The notes under the pieces are model-generated. The model had not been told where the DNA came from, ran no database searches, and saw only the letters and a program-made list of their open reading frames with translations. From Selaginella moellendorffii (Eukaryota > Plantae > Lycopodiophyta), in the NCBI RefSeq assembly GCF_000143415.4, contig NW_003314273.1:2286544-2350543 (forward strand): a stretch of 64,000 nt of DNA, in the 5' to 3' direction. The translations under genes were made by a program, and so were the position numbers. This document shows positions 50,277 through 62,594 of the stretch, one piece after another. Position 1 is the first letter of the stretch; every line of letters starts with the position of its first letter.

Positions 50277-50383
50277 TGTACGGTAGAACACTAGTTGTCA
50301 ACAATGTGCGGCAGGACAATTTTCATTGTACGGTAGAACACTAGGTGTTCGTACTGTGTACGGTAGGGCATTTCTTTGTACGG
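50277..50383. promoter_or_regulatory. Cluster of SBP/SPL-type sites (TGTACGG x4 plus one CGTAC) upstream of MRS2
   Basis: TGTACGG at 50277, 50327, 50357 and 50377; CGTAC at 50350. Confidence 0.5.
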
Positions 50384-50505
50384 TCGATCGTGGGGAGGCC
50401 GTTAAGGGGGCAGGGGGTTTTTAAAAACTCGGCGTTAAGGGTTTAAAAGTTTTTTTAGGGCTGAGGTGCAATGTAGCTGGAGCTGGCCGCGAGAGCGCTC
50501 GATCC

Positions 50506-52335
50506 ATGGCGAAGGCCGCGTCGCCGGGGGCGGATTTGGGGAAGAAGGGGATGGCTTCCCGAATCTGGTGCGTGCTGGACTCGAATGGGGAGCCGGTGAC
50601 GCTGGACATGGACAAGGCGGCGGTGATGCACCGGGCGGGGATCCATGCTCGGGATTTGCGCATTCTGGACCCGCTTCTGTCGTATCCATCCACGATTCTA
50701 GGTCGGGAGAGGGCGATTGTGCTCAATTTGGAGGTATGTAGCTCAGCGACATCGCTTTTTGGCTCACGCCTTGGCTTGAATCAATGCGCAGCATATCAAA
50801 GCGATCATCACTGCCGAGGAGGTGAGCTCCATCCAGTTCTTCCTCCTGTGATCCTTCCTTCTCCCTTTTTGTGTGAATATTTCCCAGGTGCTACTCCGCA
50901 ATCCAACCAACGAGCATGTCATTCCAATTGTGGAGGAACTACGTCGACGCTTGCCTCTCCAGACTCTGGAAAATGGAGCCGAGGCTCTCGCGCTTTTGGA
51001 GAGAACAGACAGCAAAAAATCCGGAAGAAAGTCAAGCGTGCAAAGTGACCCCGAACGGGGTGAAGGTGAGTTGCTAGAAACAGAGTTTCCTTCCTCTCAT
51101 TTTCTATATTTCAGTCACCCCTTTCGAGTTTCGGGCCTTGGAAGTAGCACTGGAAGCGATTTGCAGCTTTTTGGACGCACGAACAACCGAGTTGGAAACT
51201 TCGGCATACCCGGCTCTAGACGAGCTCACGTCAAAGGTAAAGCCTCTTTCTCGTCGAACAGCATACTAGAGCTACGAGTTTTCCAGACATTCATGAGCGC
51301 TGGCTTGCATCTTCCTCGCTCATTGTATCTGGAATGCAGATCAGCAGCCGGAACTTGGATCGTGTCAGGAAGTTGAAGAGTGGAATGACTCGGCTCATTT
51401 CTCGTGTCCAAAAGGTAGTCATGCTTTTCGTGCCTTGTCCTTCCCATTATTTCGTTGTTGACATCACAGGTAAGAGACGAGCTTGAGCAACTCTTAGATG
51501 ACGATGACGATATGGCCGAGCTATTCCTCACGAGAAAGGCAGGCTCCTCGACACTAACTCCAGCCTTGCTGAGTAATTTTCCTGCGTCGCCAGTGCTTGG
51601 CTCAAAGCTTTCGGCAGTGAGCAGAACAAAGTCTCTTGCCTCTACTCACGGCAGTGACGACGATGTTGAAGAAGTGGAAATGCTGCTCGAGGTACTCAGC
51701 TTGCGTACAACACGGTTTATTTGCTTTTGCTTACACTTAGACATGGTTTCTTTTATTCAGTGCTACTTCATGCAAGTGGATGGTACTCTGAACAAGCTTA
51801 ACACGGTGAGTTCGTCCATTCGCCCCAGTGACTGAGCTAACTAGCTGCGTTTCACATCCTTCCAGCTTCGTGAATACATAGATGACACGGAAGACTACAT
51901 AAATATCCAGGTTTATTTCCTCTTTCGCGTTTCCCTTAATGAAACTTAGTATGTCAATGTTGCAGCTTGACAACCACCGCAATCAACTTATACAGGTTGA
52001 AAGTGGTGCTGATTCCTCCTTCTCGCTGATTTTATCCATGTGTGGATTCCAGTTGGAGCTAGTTCTCAACGCGGCTACGCTGGCAATGGCGTTGTATTCG
52101 CTGGTGGCTGGAATTTTTGGGATGAACATACCTTATCCCTGGAACGACGACCACGCCTACATTTTTAAATGGGTTTGCAATCTCTTGCGTTGCTCTCCAT
52201 GGTTCGTTCATTCACAACATTGTGTTTTTGGTTTTATCGTGGCCGCAGGTCGTGGTTGCGGGGTGTATGCTTTGCGTTGGTTTGTTCTCCATCGTCATGG
52301 CCTACGCTCGCCATAAAGGCCTCGTTGGGACGTGA
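50506..52335 (+). CDS. MRS2: MRS2/MGT (CorA-like) magnesium transporter, about 10 exons
   Basis: [29 protein letters not shown]|[51 protein letters not shown]|[17 protein letters not shown] signature; TGA at 52333-52335. Confidence 0.96.
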
Positions 52336-53189
52336 AGAAAAGATTTTCCGGCTGTAAATAATTCATAGAATCAAAAATCTTCTGACCGAGAGCTTGGCTC
52401 TAGTTCTCTTGCGTGACTATGTACAAAGATGGTGAAGTCTGACGGGAACAACACCAATAACCATATGCAAATGGCGTTGCAAGAGGCAAGAGACTTTGTT
52501 TTAGCCGCTAGTGTTGACAAAATATGTCTGCAAATGAAAGAATTTGCTAGATGCTTTAAATCTTGTTGTGCGCAACTAAGTTTTATGAGAGTTCAAGCAC
52601 CGCCCATGGTCTCTTGCCATTACAATTATGAAGTGTCATGCTATTGACTACCACATGCCTCCTTTATAATGCTCCAGTTTCATATGAGGTTGTCGTTCAG
52701 AAGGTGTTGAAGGATGATGAAATACATTTTCAGCTAATAAAAAGATATAGCAAATATATGATATCATCCCCCATTAATATTTAGCACTGAGCAGTAACTA
52801 AAGACTTGATTAAAGAAAAATGAGAAGCAGGGTTCCACTTTATACCATACCAATACTTAGAATCAAGCAACCTTAAACTGTAGCTTAAGAGTAGTGATCT
52901 AAAGAGGAGGAGGTGGTGAATACAAGGAAGATCCATGATACAGCCATTGTCCACGAAAGGCATGCCCATGGAGCATGTCCAAAGCCCAAATCCTCTAGCA
53001 TGTGGCCATGCCTACAATCCTAGAACTTAGAGCAATCCTTCATTAATTGCACAGGCCTAAAGATCTTCAATATGCATAAAATTCATCATTCTAGCATACC
53101 ACTTTCCATCACCATACCAGAACATCCTGTTGCAGCCCCGCTTTGAAGCCAAGCCATGTTGCTCACTTTGTAAAGAATATGACATTTTC

Positions 53190-53424
53190 CTTGAGGCATG
53201 AAATCTAAGGAGTTAAGACTGAGTTTATGGCAACCCACTAATGAAATATTGCGGGAGTGTATACCAATGCCTTCCACCTCAAATGTCTTCCAAAAGCTGC
53301 TGAAGAAAACACTGCTTTATGCCTTTTGAGGTGGAAGGCATCGGTATACACTCCCACAGTATTTCATTGCCTTAGTGGGTTGCCATAAATTCAGTCTTAA
53401 CTCCTTAAATTTCATGCCTTCAAG
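53190..53424. repeat. Long inverted repeat (arms ~94-100 bp, 41-nt loop)
   Basis: Arm 53190-53283 vs reverse complement of 53325-53424: 5 transitions and two indels (1 and 5 nt). Confidence 0.9.
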
Positions 53425-53490
53425 ACTGGTGTCTACTGTAAGACACTGCTTGATCCAAGAGCTGTTGTAAAACCATGGATGAAGGAAGAT

Positions 53491-56336
53491 GCCTCCCGTT
53501 AAACACCATCCTGATTCACTCTCTCTCCGCTTACCTGGCGATGACGTGGCATCAAAAACCTAAAAACGTTTCTGTTTCTTTTATGATCAAGCATGGCAGC
53601 AGCACATCAATTTCCAGAGGTAAGCAATCAATTCAATTTCATATTGATTCAAAAAAATCATTTAGGATCCCCCATGGCTTGATGAGGTGCAAGAATTCCA
53701 TGAAAAGGATTATTTTTGTGCAGATGATTTAGATTGGAATTTGTCTAAATCAAATGAAACTATAGCTCCTATTGTGTATATATTCCAGAAGGATGTGAAT
53801 AAGTTTCTAGATGGTGAGAGGAGAAGGGGTGATGGAGTGGATTTTTGGCGATTTTCTAACAAAAATCGTGATCCCGGAGATTTGAAACGACCCAAAAACA
53901 CAAGTTTTTTATCATTAATCAGGTATATCTTTTTAACAAAATATAATTACTAACTTCATGCTACAGGTATTGGTGTGAATATGGAAAACAAGATGCTCGT
54001 GAAACATCCTCTATTATGGTTGCTGAATCTACACCAAAGTCAGGATTTGGAAGTAGACCAGGTCGAAGTTCTAATAAGCGGGGCTGCCTTTGCAATTTTT
54101 TGGTCAAACAGTTTTACAAATGGCCTGATTATGTGCAGATTACATATTATCATAGAGAACATTGTGATAAGAATGGGATTCCTTGTCATGGTCAACTTGA
54201 TCCGACTGGAGGAAAGTCATTATTTCCTCAGAAGCTTTCAGCAGATATTCGATATTGGGTGATTCATATGATTCAGCAGGATTTCACATCAAATCAGATT
54301 TATAATGAGCATATACAGATTGTGGAAAGGAACAAGTTAGCTGGTGAACCTCCTCATCGAGATGATTTTCTAACTATGCAGGATATCAACAATTTGCATA
54401 GGAAGTATTCACTTTCAACTTATCGATTACATGAGAATGACGCATAGAGTGTACGTATTTGGAAGAACACAAATCCCGAGAAAGTTCAATTCATGCAGCT
54501 TTTCATGATGATAATATTATGCGAGCTGAGATTAAACAACTTATTGAACATTTTGAGGTGGATTTTCAAAATGAAGTAGCCTTTATCAAGTATTTTCAAG
54601 ACGAATGGAAGGACAAAGTTGGTAAGTGAATCAATAATTTAATTTTTATAATTTATTTTAATTTATATTTGATAGATATGTGGGTTGTTGCTGCTCGAAA
54701 TTTCCCTCATGCTAACAAGGAAACAAATAGTTCGATTGAGGCATTCCATGCAAATATGAAAGCTATACTCTCGTACGATAAAAAACATGCTCGCAATCGA
54801 AGGATGGATTGGGCAATTCATCAACTTACTACTAAGGTTCATGCGAGGTACTGGTTTACTACTTATTGCAAAGATCATGGTTTTATCCGAAACCATGCAT
54901 ATGAAAAGCTAATCGATGGTGCGATTGTTAAAGCAAGAAATATTAACGACTCTCAAGTAAAATTCGATAAGAACAATACTCACAAATCTTATGTACAATC
55001 CTCTTCAGATCCAACTATATGGTATCTTGTTATCAGAGGTGAAGGACATAGTGATTGGGCTTTTTCGACTTGGTGTAATTGTTCGTGGGCAATTAAAGGA
55101 AACTTTTGCAAGCATCAAGCAAAAGTTATTATGTTAAAACAAGGAGAAAAAACCAATTAGACTACAACTAGTTATGAGGTTCAACCATCACAATCGCATG
55201 CAATCTTAGAACCTGGGCCAGATGATTTATTTTATCGTCATCAAGATTTTGAAGCACTTGACTTGGAAGCTATGACAGAGGTAATTCACTTATTAATTAA
55301 AATTTTGAAATACTTATAAAAATTTGAGCAGGAAAACATCCATCAAGATGTTTATCATGAGCAAGAAATTCAGTTGGAGACTACATTAGAGGTAAACTAA
55401 CATATTTTATATACTAAGATATATGAATATTGAGCAGGAAGATATCCATCAAAATATACAGCATCAACAAGAAATTCAGCTAAGGACTACTATAGAGGTA
55501 ATTTACACTAAGTAAATTTTAAATATTGATATGAACTTTAAGCAGGAGGATATCACTCCATCAAAAGTTACAAAAGTGACACTACAACAAAAGATGATGG
55601 ATATCATACAAGATCTTCCTGATGAAGAAGCTTTTTTATCTATGGTTGACAACGATTTAGAAATGATACAGCAGAAGGTTGCAACTTTTAAAGCCAGGCC
55701 AGACGATCTTATTCATCCTGCAGCAGAATTTCAACAACGTGTTAATAGTTATGGTACATCCTTGAAACGAGCAAAACCTTTGGTGGAAAGAATTACAGGT
55801 AAAAGAAAAGCTTCTAGTAGTCCAGAAGCAACTCCTTTTACTAGGCAGAGGAAGACAAGAAAGAAAAGCTCTTTAAACGAAAAACTCAATCTTAGCAAAG
55901 AATAAATAAAAAAACAAACTCTTTATATACTTACATTGCATATATTTAAATTAGTGAGAAGATTTCATAAGTTTACCACTCCTAATGGATGATCATCCAT
56001 GACACTCATTGGCCACATAAAGCACGTAGAAAGGCATCCACGCGCGCGCTGATTGAAATTTGGCTAAGTGTTGGGGCTGTGGCCACGTGGAAGTAATTTT
56101 AGGGCGCACGCTGGGCGCGGGCGGACGTGCGGGGGCGGGTGGGAGTGCGGGCAGGAGCCGTGAGGGCGAGCGGGCGGGCGGGAGCCGCGGGCGGGCGATA
56201 GCCGCGGGCGGGAGCGTGCAGCGGCGACGGACGGGAGAGGGAGTGCGCTGGAGATAAAACAAAAAGGAGGGCTGATGCCACGTCATTGCCAGGTAAGCGG
56301 AGAGAGAGTGAATCAGGATGGTGTTTAATGGGAGGC
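53491..56336 (+). mobile_element. Mutator-like element (MULE), 2846 bp, with a defective intron-containing SWIM-domain transposase
   Basis: 64-bp TIRs GCCTCCC(G/A)TTAAACACCATCC...GGCATCA (2 mismatches); perfect 9-bp TSD AAGGAAGAT (53482-90, 56337-45). ETNSSIEAFH and SWIM motif WCNC..GNFCKH. Premature TAG at 54445 and apparent loss of the central DDE segment. Confidence 0.95.
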
Positions 56337-57872
56337 AAGGAAGATCAAGCTAGTAAATGAACTTGGAAGTGCAAGAGAGCATAGAAACATAGTTTAGATG
56401 TTGATAATTAAAGATATTGCAAGAGTGCGTGGTCTTCCTAGAGGCCAAACCTTTGATCAAATTGAAAAAGAAGGCTAAATTAGAAGTATTGACAATAAAC
56501 AATATAGGCATGATGATGAACTTCTTTATAAATAGAATCCAAAATAGTAACATGAGTAACAACATAATTATTTGTAACACTAGTAGCATACTATTATCAT
56601 AGTTCTTGAGTAAAATATCAACCATTTTAACTAGTCTAACACATTAATAAAATTGAGTGTGGTTTGTTGCAGGGATGTCACTTTGTAGTATATAGTTAGC
56701 CTATATAGTTTAAAGCCAAACTATAAAATTAGACAAATGTGCTCCTAGTGTTATAAGCAGAAGGAAGTAAATGAACTCAATTATTTTATTCATGAGAAAT
56801 AAAACATTGAATTTACTGTTCAAAATTTTGAATAGTATACTTCGATTACAAATTAATTTGAGGATGGTGAAATGTTGAAGGAAAGAAACTAGTAAAAACG
56901 TGAATATAAATTAAGGATTTTGATAATTGACATTATCATGAAAGTGGAAGATCTCCTTGTAGATAAGCTTAGTTGATGTTCTCCATTAATCATTTTCTAA
57001 CATGCAGTTAGAAATGTCTCATTTTAAAAACTATTAAACCACAACTCAAATCCTTAAAAAAGTGAAAGAAAACTGAAGAAATCTATAAAAATAAATTTTA
57101 AAGACCTTGGATCAAAAGAAAGTGGTTGTAAAAGACCAAATATAAGATGTTAAGCCATTTTAATCTGTTAACATATATTGCAAGTACAGATGAAGTTTTT
57201 GATATGATGCCACCAAAACATTAAAAGAATAAAATCTTGAAGAATAGGATCACTCTTCTAGAAAAAGGTGAAAAACGAGAACTAGTAAAGAAAAAATCTA
57301 ACAAATCCCACACAAAAAGCTGCAGTAGAATAAGTCAACCAAGTTATAAAGCTTGAACTTGTTGAAGTTCTTTGCTAAATTAAATAATTTAAGTTATAGA
57401 TATAATAATAAACATATTGTATTTATATTAATTTTCACATCTAAAGAAGATAATTAGTTATCTTCAGCTGTTTTAAAAAAAACTTAATAGAGCTCAGCTT
57501 ATTATTAGCTTTTAGAAATACTTTATTTCCTACCTATAATATCAACCTCACAAGGGGTCATGCAATATGTTACGTCTTCCCGAGAAAGATTTCTTCTTAT
57601 GTTATAAAATAGATAATTAATTTTAGTCATGTTAAAAATGACATGGGTCCCATTCTTCTTTAGTTGGGGACATGTGGATCAATGGTATTATTATAATAAT
57701 ATAGCTCTATATAGCTTTGTGTTAATATATCTTTTCTAAGCTTATTTTCAGATTATTTTTAAGGTAATGATGTTATATTATTTTGGATTAAGGAAACATT
57801 TTGGTAATCTTTTGATGCTGATAAAATAACATCAATTTAGACTTAAATTTGGATAAAAATTTATTAATCATT

Positions 57873-58748
57873 ATGTCTATAAAGCTTTTGTTATTTATTT
57901 TATTACTAGTAATTCCATTGATTACTACTCAAAATGTACGTAATAGTGCTCTTTATAAGTTTCACTCAAATAGTTATATCCGTTCAATTCTAGGATTTAT
58001 TAAAATCTGTATTGAGGACATTAATAGCAATAGAATCTTGGGAGATACTTGGAGTTATACAGTAGATAATGTTCCTAATACTGTTATAAGATTTCGTACA
58101 TCTGAAGAGTCTAATGCTGAGTTCCAATCTTGTGCTATTGAACCTAATACTTTTGTTGAAGTATCTGCATCACAGCTTATTAATAGGTTTGAGACATTAT
58201 TTGGCATGTTGAAAATGTATGCCCGCCTTGGGGCTTATGGCCGTCTTACAGTAGTTTCAGAAAATTATGAACTTGAATATATTAGTACGGGTCCTGCTAA
58301 TAGAGATCCTAATGAACCATTTCCATCAGTTAATAATATAAAACTTCATCAGGATTTAGATTTTAATAATTGTTGGCCTTATGAGTATAAACTCATTAGT
58401 GGTCCAGCCAAATCTTTTGGTAGCTATCTTCTTGCTGGAAATAGTTTGATATCACAAAATAGGATGTATCGCCTCACCATGCAAGATGATTGCAATTTAG
58501 TGTTATTTCTTATATCACCTAAAACATTTATATGGTCATCAAAAACTAAGAACAAAGATACAAATTGCTATCTTCAAGTTGAATTAAAAGGGAGGTTAGT
58601 AATAATAGGAAGTAAAAGAATTATTTATATTGTAAATATATATTGTGTCAATTGTATTATGATGGCAGGAGCAACACTCTTTATTCGCAACACAGGCCAT
58701 GTTTGCATGTATGACACTGATATTAGGAAAGAACAATGGTGTTTTTAA
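57873..58748 (+). CDS. Secreted protein (291 aa): signal peptide, unassigned ~145-aa domain, C-terminal bulb-type (GNA) lectin domain
   Basis: Signal peptide MSIKLLLFILLLVIPLITT; LLAGNSLISQNRMYRLTMQDDCNLVL..IWSSKT..CYLQV...GRLVI gives a B-lectin fold with a QxDxNxV site. Intact 876-nt ORF despite very AT-rich sequence. Confidence 0.85.
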   Translation: MSIKLLLFILLLVIPLITTQNVRNSALYKFHSNSYIRSILGFIKICIEDINSNRILGDTWSYTVDNVPNTVIRFRTSEESNAEFQSCAIEPNTFVEVSASQLINRFETLFGMLKMYARLGAYGRLTVVSENYELEYISTGPANRDPNEPFPSVNNIKLHQDLDFNNCWPYEYKLISGPAKSFGSYLLAGNSLISQNRMYRLTMQDDCNLVLFLISPKTFIWSSKTKNKDTNCYLQVELKGRLVIIGSKRIIYIVNIYCVNCIMMAGATLFIRNTGHVCMYDTDIRKEQWCF

Positions 58749-60002
58749 TAGATTTTCTTTTTATCTATGAGTGATTTTTAGCTATGCTTTCCAATGACGC
58801 TACCTACATCTTGCTTGGCTGTTACATTTCCTGTTGCAACACTGTCCTAACAATGTTGTGTTTAAAAAGTCCGTCAAGTTTATGTAATACAAATGATAAT
58901 TTGTTTTTTTCTGCTTGCGATATCATTTTCTCATTTTAATGTTATATATAAGAAATTTAATATTTATACTAACTAGAAACTAACTAGAAACTAGAAACTA
59001 GAAACTATTTATGACATGCCTGAGTTTCTCCAAGTATGAGTACAACTTGTTATGATTTCTTCTTTTTAATTGTAATTCCTTCATATCAATGATCAATTAA
59101 TTGGTTGCATGGACTTGGGTATTTACTCAAAATTTAGTAAATCATCATGTGGAACTAAAATTTATATGGTGGTTAATGAAATTTTACTCTATAAGTTTCT
59201 TACCAAAAATAATGAAAAAAAATCTACAAGAAAACTAAAGGTTCTACAATCAATTTTGCAACTAATTATCAGCTTAAAGCAGAAACATAGATTCCATTAT
59301 AACAAAAATGACAGAAGTAGCAAGGCAACCAAACATACAGAAAAAAATAGAAATAAGCATTGGTAGAAAAATAGAGCATATGTATTGCCAAGAATTTGTA
59401 ATAAAATGAAAGTAATATATTTAAATTTTAATGCACAAATATAACACTTTGAGATAAGTTCTTTCTAAATGACAAAAAAACCGGACTGCTAGATATACTT
59501 GGATGAAAGAATTTATTGCTTTCATCCGTGACTCTTTGCAGCCCTTATTATTTCTTTCTTCTGTAGTTTTATTATTCACACTGACCCAAGATTTGATGTT
59601 GACTCACACATTCTTCATTGTGATTGCATTCAAGCAGAGTTATTTGAAAATAATCAGTCAAATATAATAATGAGTTAAACAACACATTTGCTTGCTGTGT
59701 TGTAAACCTAACCCTAAACTTGCAAAGTGTCTGCTCAAAAAATATTCATTATCACTGCCCTAAATTAGCTGGTTATACTAAGGTCTTATTGAACTAGCTA
59801 CTGGAGGCTATATACATATCATATTCTAGAAATTACTAGAGTAATTTTTTGTCTCATCCAAATGATCAAGGTCAATGTGGCTACCAGTCCTGGCCCGAGC
59901 CTGGGGTGGCCTCCCCTTCCCAAGAACCATGGCTCCCAAGGCTGCCCCAGGCCCAGGATCAGACTGCTGCAGGGGCCTAGGCCCTTTGTTCTTAAATCTA
60001 TA

Positions 60003-62500
60003 CTAGTACTTGCCCAGCAAATGCTGGGTGAATATAAAAATTGATTTTAAACAATTTTATGGTAGTAAATATGACCCAGCTAGTAAGAGTTGCTAGATAG
60101 GATCATAAGGACAATGACAATGGACTTATCTCCAGTCAGCCAAACCCTCTTGGAAAACCATTAAACAGGATAAGACACGTGCAAAAAGAAATGGATAAGA
60201 CCCTAGACATAGGAACTGCTGTTGTGTGAGATCATCTGGGCTAGAGAGATGTTGACTTCTGCCAGGGTATCCAGGGGGAGAGGTCCTTCGTCTCCCAACC
60301 ATTTATATACCCAGCATGGGCACATGCATTTGTGCTGAGTCAGAGAATCCAGGATCAATTTAGTGTGCAAGGAAGTAGATCATTCTTCAATGGTCTAAGC
60401 TATCATGCTTAGCACATACATTGTGCACCATGAACATCCCCATGCTCAAGTGGTGCAAGCTCCTGGGCCTCCATCTCTAGCACTAGGCAGTGCTGGTCCA
60501 TTGCTATCCATTGGGCCATAGGGAAAGTTAAAAAATAGACAAAGTTTATTAGTAGGAGACGAGTTAGTTAGCATAAAAGTTTCTTTGTATACAATATTGA
60601 TGGTGAATATTGATGAATTGAATGGAATTAAGCAGCCTTGTGTATAAGTTGTGTCAACTTGAATTGCAAATTGTTGTGGTGATGTGCATCTTAAAAGTGC
60701 AATATAGAGCTGCCCATAGGTAAAGACTGGCTAGGGTAAGTAAATGCCCACATGATCAAATGTTTGACCTTGGCATTTTGAAATTGTCAAGCAATATCCA
60801 AGAAGAAGAGGAAATTGTTTTCGAGACATATGAAATGGAATATTTGAATTAGAGGGTGTTAAGTTAATGCATGGGATAAAAGTTCTAGTACCTTTAAATT
60901 CACTTGTAATTATTTTACAGTCCAAAATTTTAGGTGAAGTTCTTTTGACCATTAGTTGAGTCCCATTACATAATCCAATTGTTGGAGACATGTTTCTTAG
61001 AAGATGATTATACAACCTTCTTTTAGTATCAATTTGTGTGGTGGTAATTTAGAGGGAGTGATAGAGTTCAAAAATTCAATTGGGAAATCAATTATTGTTT
61101 AACATCAACAAAGTTAATGCTAATGTAAATTTGAGGTGGACCTAGTAATTGAGAGATGATGTTGTTGTTAATTGGAAATGTATCATCATTAAGAGGTGTT
61201 AAAATAGCTCTATTTGCTGCAATTTGAACATTTGAAATGTCTTCAATGCATGGGAATACGAAATTAGTAATAGAGGTAGTTCTAATTAGTTCTGAAGGAA
61301 GAAGGATAGAATCAAGTAATAAAATAGGGTTTTGTGAGTAATTATTTCCATCACTAACTTTCAATAGCCATTCTGCCTAATCTGGGAACTTGAGGCCAAG
61401 CCATATATTTGTTTGCAATTGAAATTTTCTAAATAGATTCTATAGACTATTCATTCTTACAAATATGAAAACAATTTGTGCTCAATGACTATGTAGAACA
61501 ACTAGTAATGTTTGATGGAAGTCACCACTTGTAACAATAACAATGCTACCAAATGGAAAATTGTTCTATTTTAAGTCTTTTAGGTAACAATCAATAACTG
61601 AAAAGGCAAGTGTATGAACCATATTAATTTCATCCCAAATAAGCATTTATATTACTTTCATAAATCTACCAGCATTGCTATTAGGTGTTAAATTAGAAAC
61701 AAATGTATCATTAATTGGAACTAGTAACTTAAAAGTTGTATGGGATATTTTTCTATTGTGTAGTAGTGTGCTTGCAATGCCTATCCATGCCATACAAACC
61801 ACTTTTTTTATTGCAGAACTCAAAATATTTTACTATTGCATTTAATAAATATGTTTTGCTAGTGCCAGTAGGGCCATCAATAAAAATAAAATGGATGGTA
61901 TTAGTCGGGCATTCTACAATGTTAACAATTTCATTAAATATAGTTAATTGTTTAGCATTCAAGTTTTTAATATCATAGTAAATTTCTGTATATGAATGAT
62001 TGTAATTTGGTATTGATTGAATAAAGGTATATAAACTTGGGATAGGTAAGTTGTATAATTGGTTTGTTTTATCATATAGTTTTTATTCTTGCGTTAATGT
62101 CTATTAGAGCAAGTTTATATTGGCATACAATATTTGTTCTACCAAAATCTTCAGAGAGCTAATCCTTAAAAACATCCCAAAGATATAGTGGGTCTTATGG
62201 ATTGCAAAAAATACATATGAAAGTAAAGAGTTGATGCAATTCTGTAGGTAATTGAAAATTGCATGCTTTTGTAAATAGGTATGCCACTCATTATCATCAT
62301 CAAGAAGACCCATAGCAATAGCAATTTGTTGAAGGCTTTGGTAAGTTATATCATTAATTGTTTTAATATTGTCAAAGGATGTGACACTTTTTTTATGAAG
62401 AAGAATAATATATAAGTGGTACAACTTAGTATTTAAAGGAGATACTAAGTATAGTCAAGGAATAACCTTTTTCTTTTTTTGATATTGCCATACATTTGTG
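60003..62500 (-). mobile_element. Degraded Helitron, same family as 34930-37565, with intact 3' hairpin and CTAG|T end
   Basis: LLRNMSPTIGLCNGTQL, RKQFPLLLGYCLTISKCQGQTFDHVGIYLP, FIDGPTGTSKTYLLN. Hairpin at 60013-60028 and CTAG at 60006-60003. Confidence 0.9.
60070..60520. mobile_element. Possible solo LTR inserted in the Helitron 3' non-coding region
   Basis: ~450-bp more GC-rich block absent from the other Helitron copy; imperfect inverted ends tatgacccag/ttgggccata and a TATA-like atttatatac. No clean TSD. Confidence 0.35.
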
Positions 62501-62594
62501 AAATATTAGGAATTCACTTTAAGTTACTAAAGAACACAAATTTTGATGATGAGAAATCATAGTCATAAACTTAAGAATTTAGAAAAAAATTTCA

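Noticed and set aside
50277-50345. CRISPR-like repeat-spacer (18-bp repeat, 32-bp spacer)
   Set aside because: Only two full repeats, eukaryotic context, no cas genes.
56060-56257. Gly/Arg-rich ORF in a GC-rich patch
   Set aside because: Low-complexity subterminal sequence inside the MULE.
58968-59006. (CTAGAAA)n run
   Set aside because: Short simple repeat with no evidence of function.
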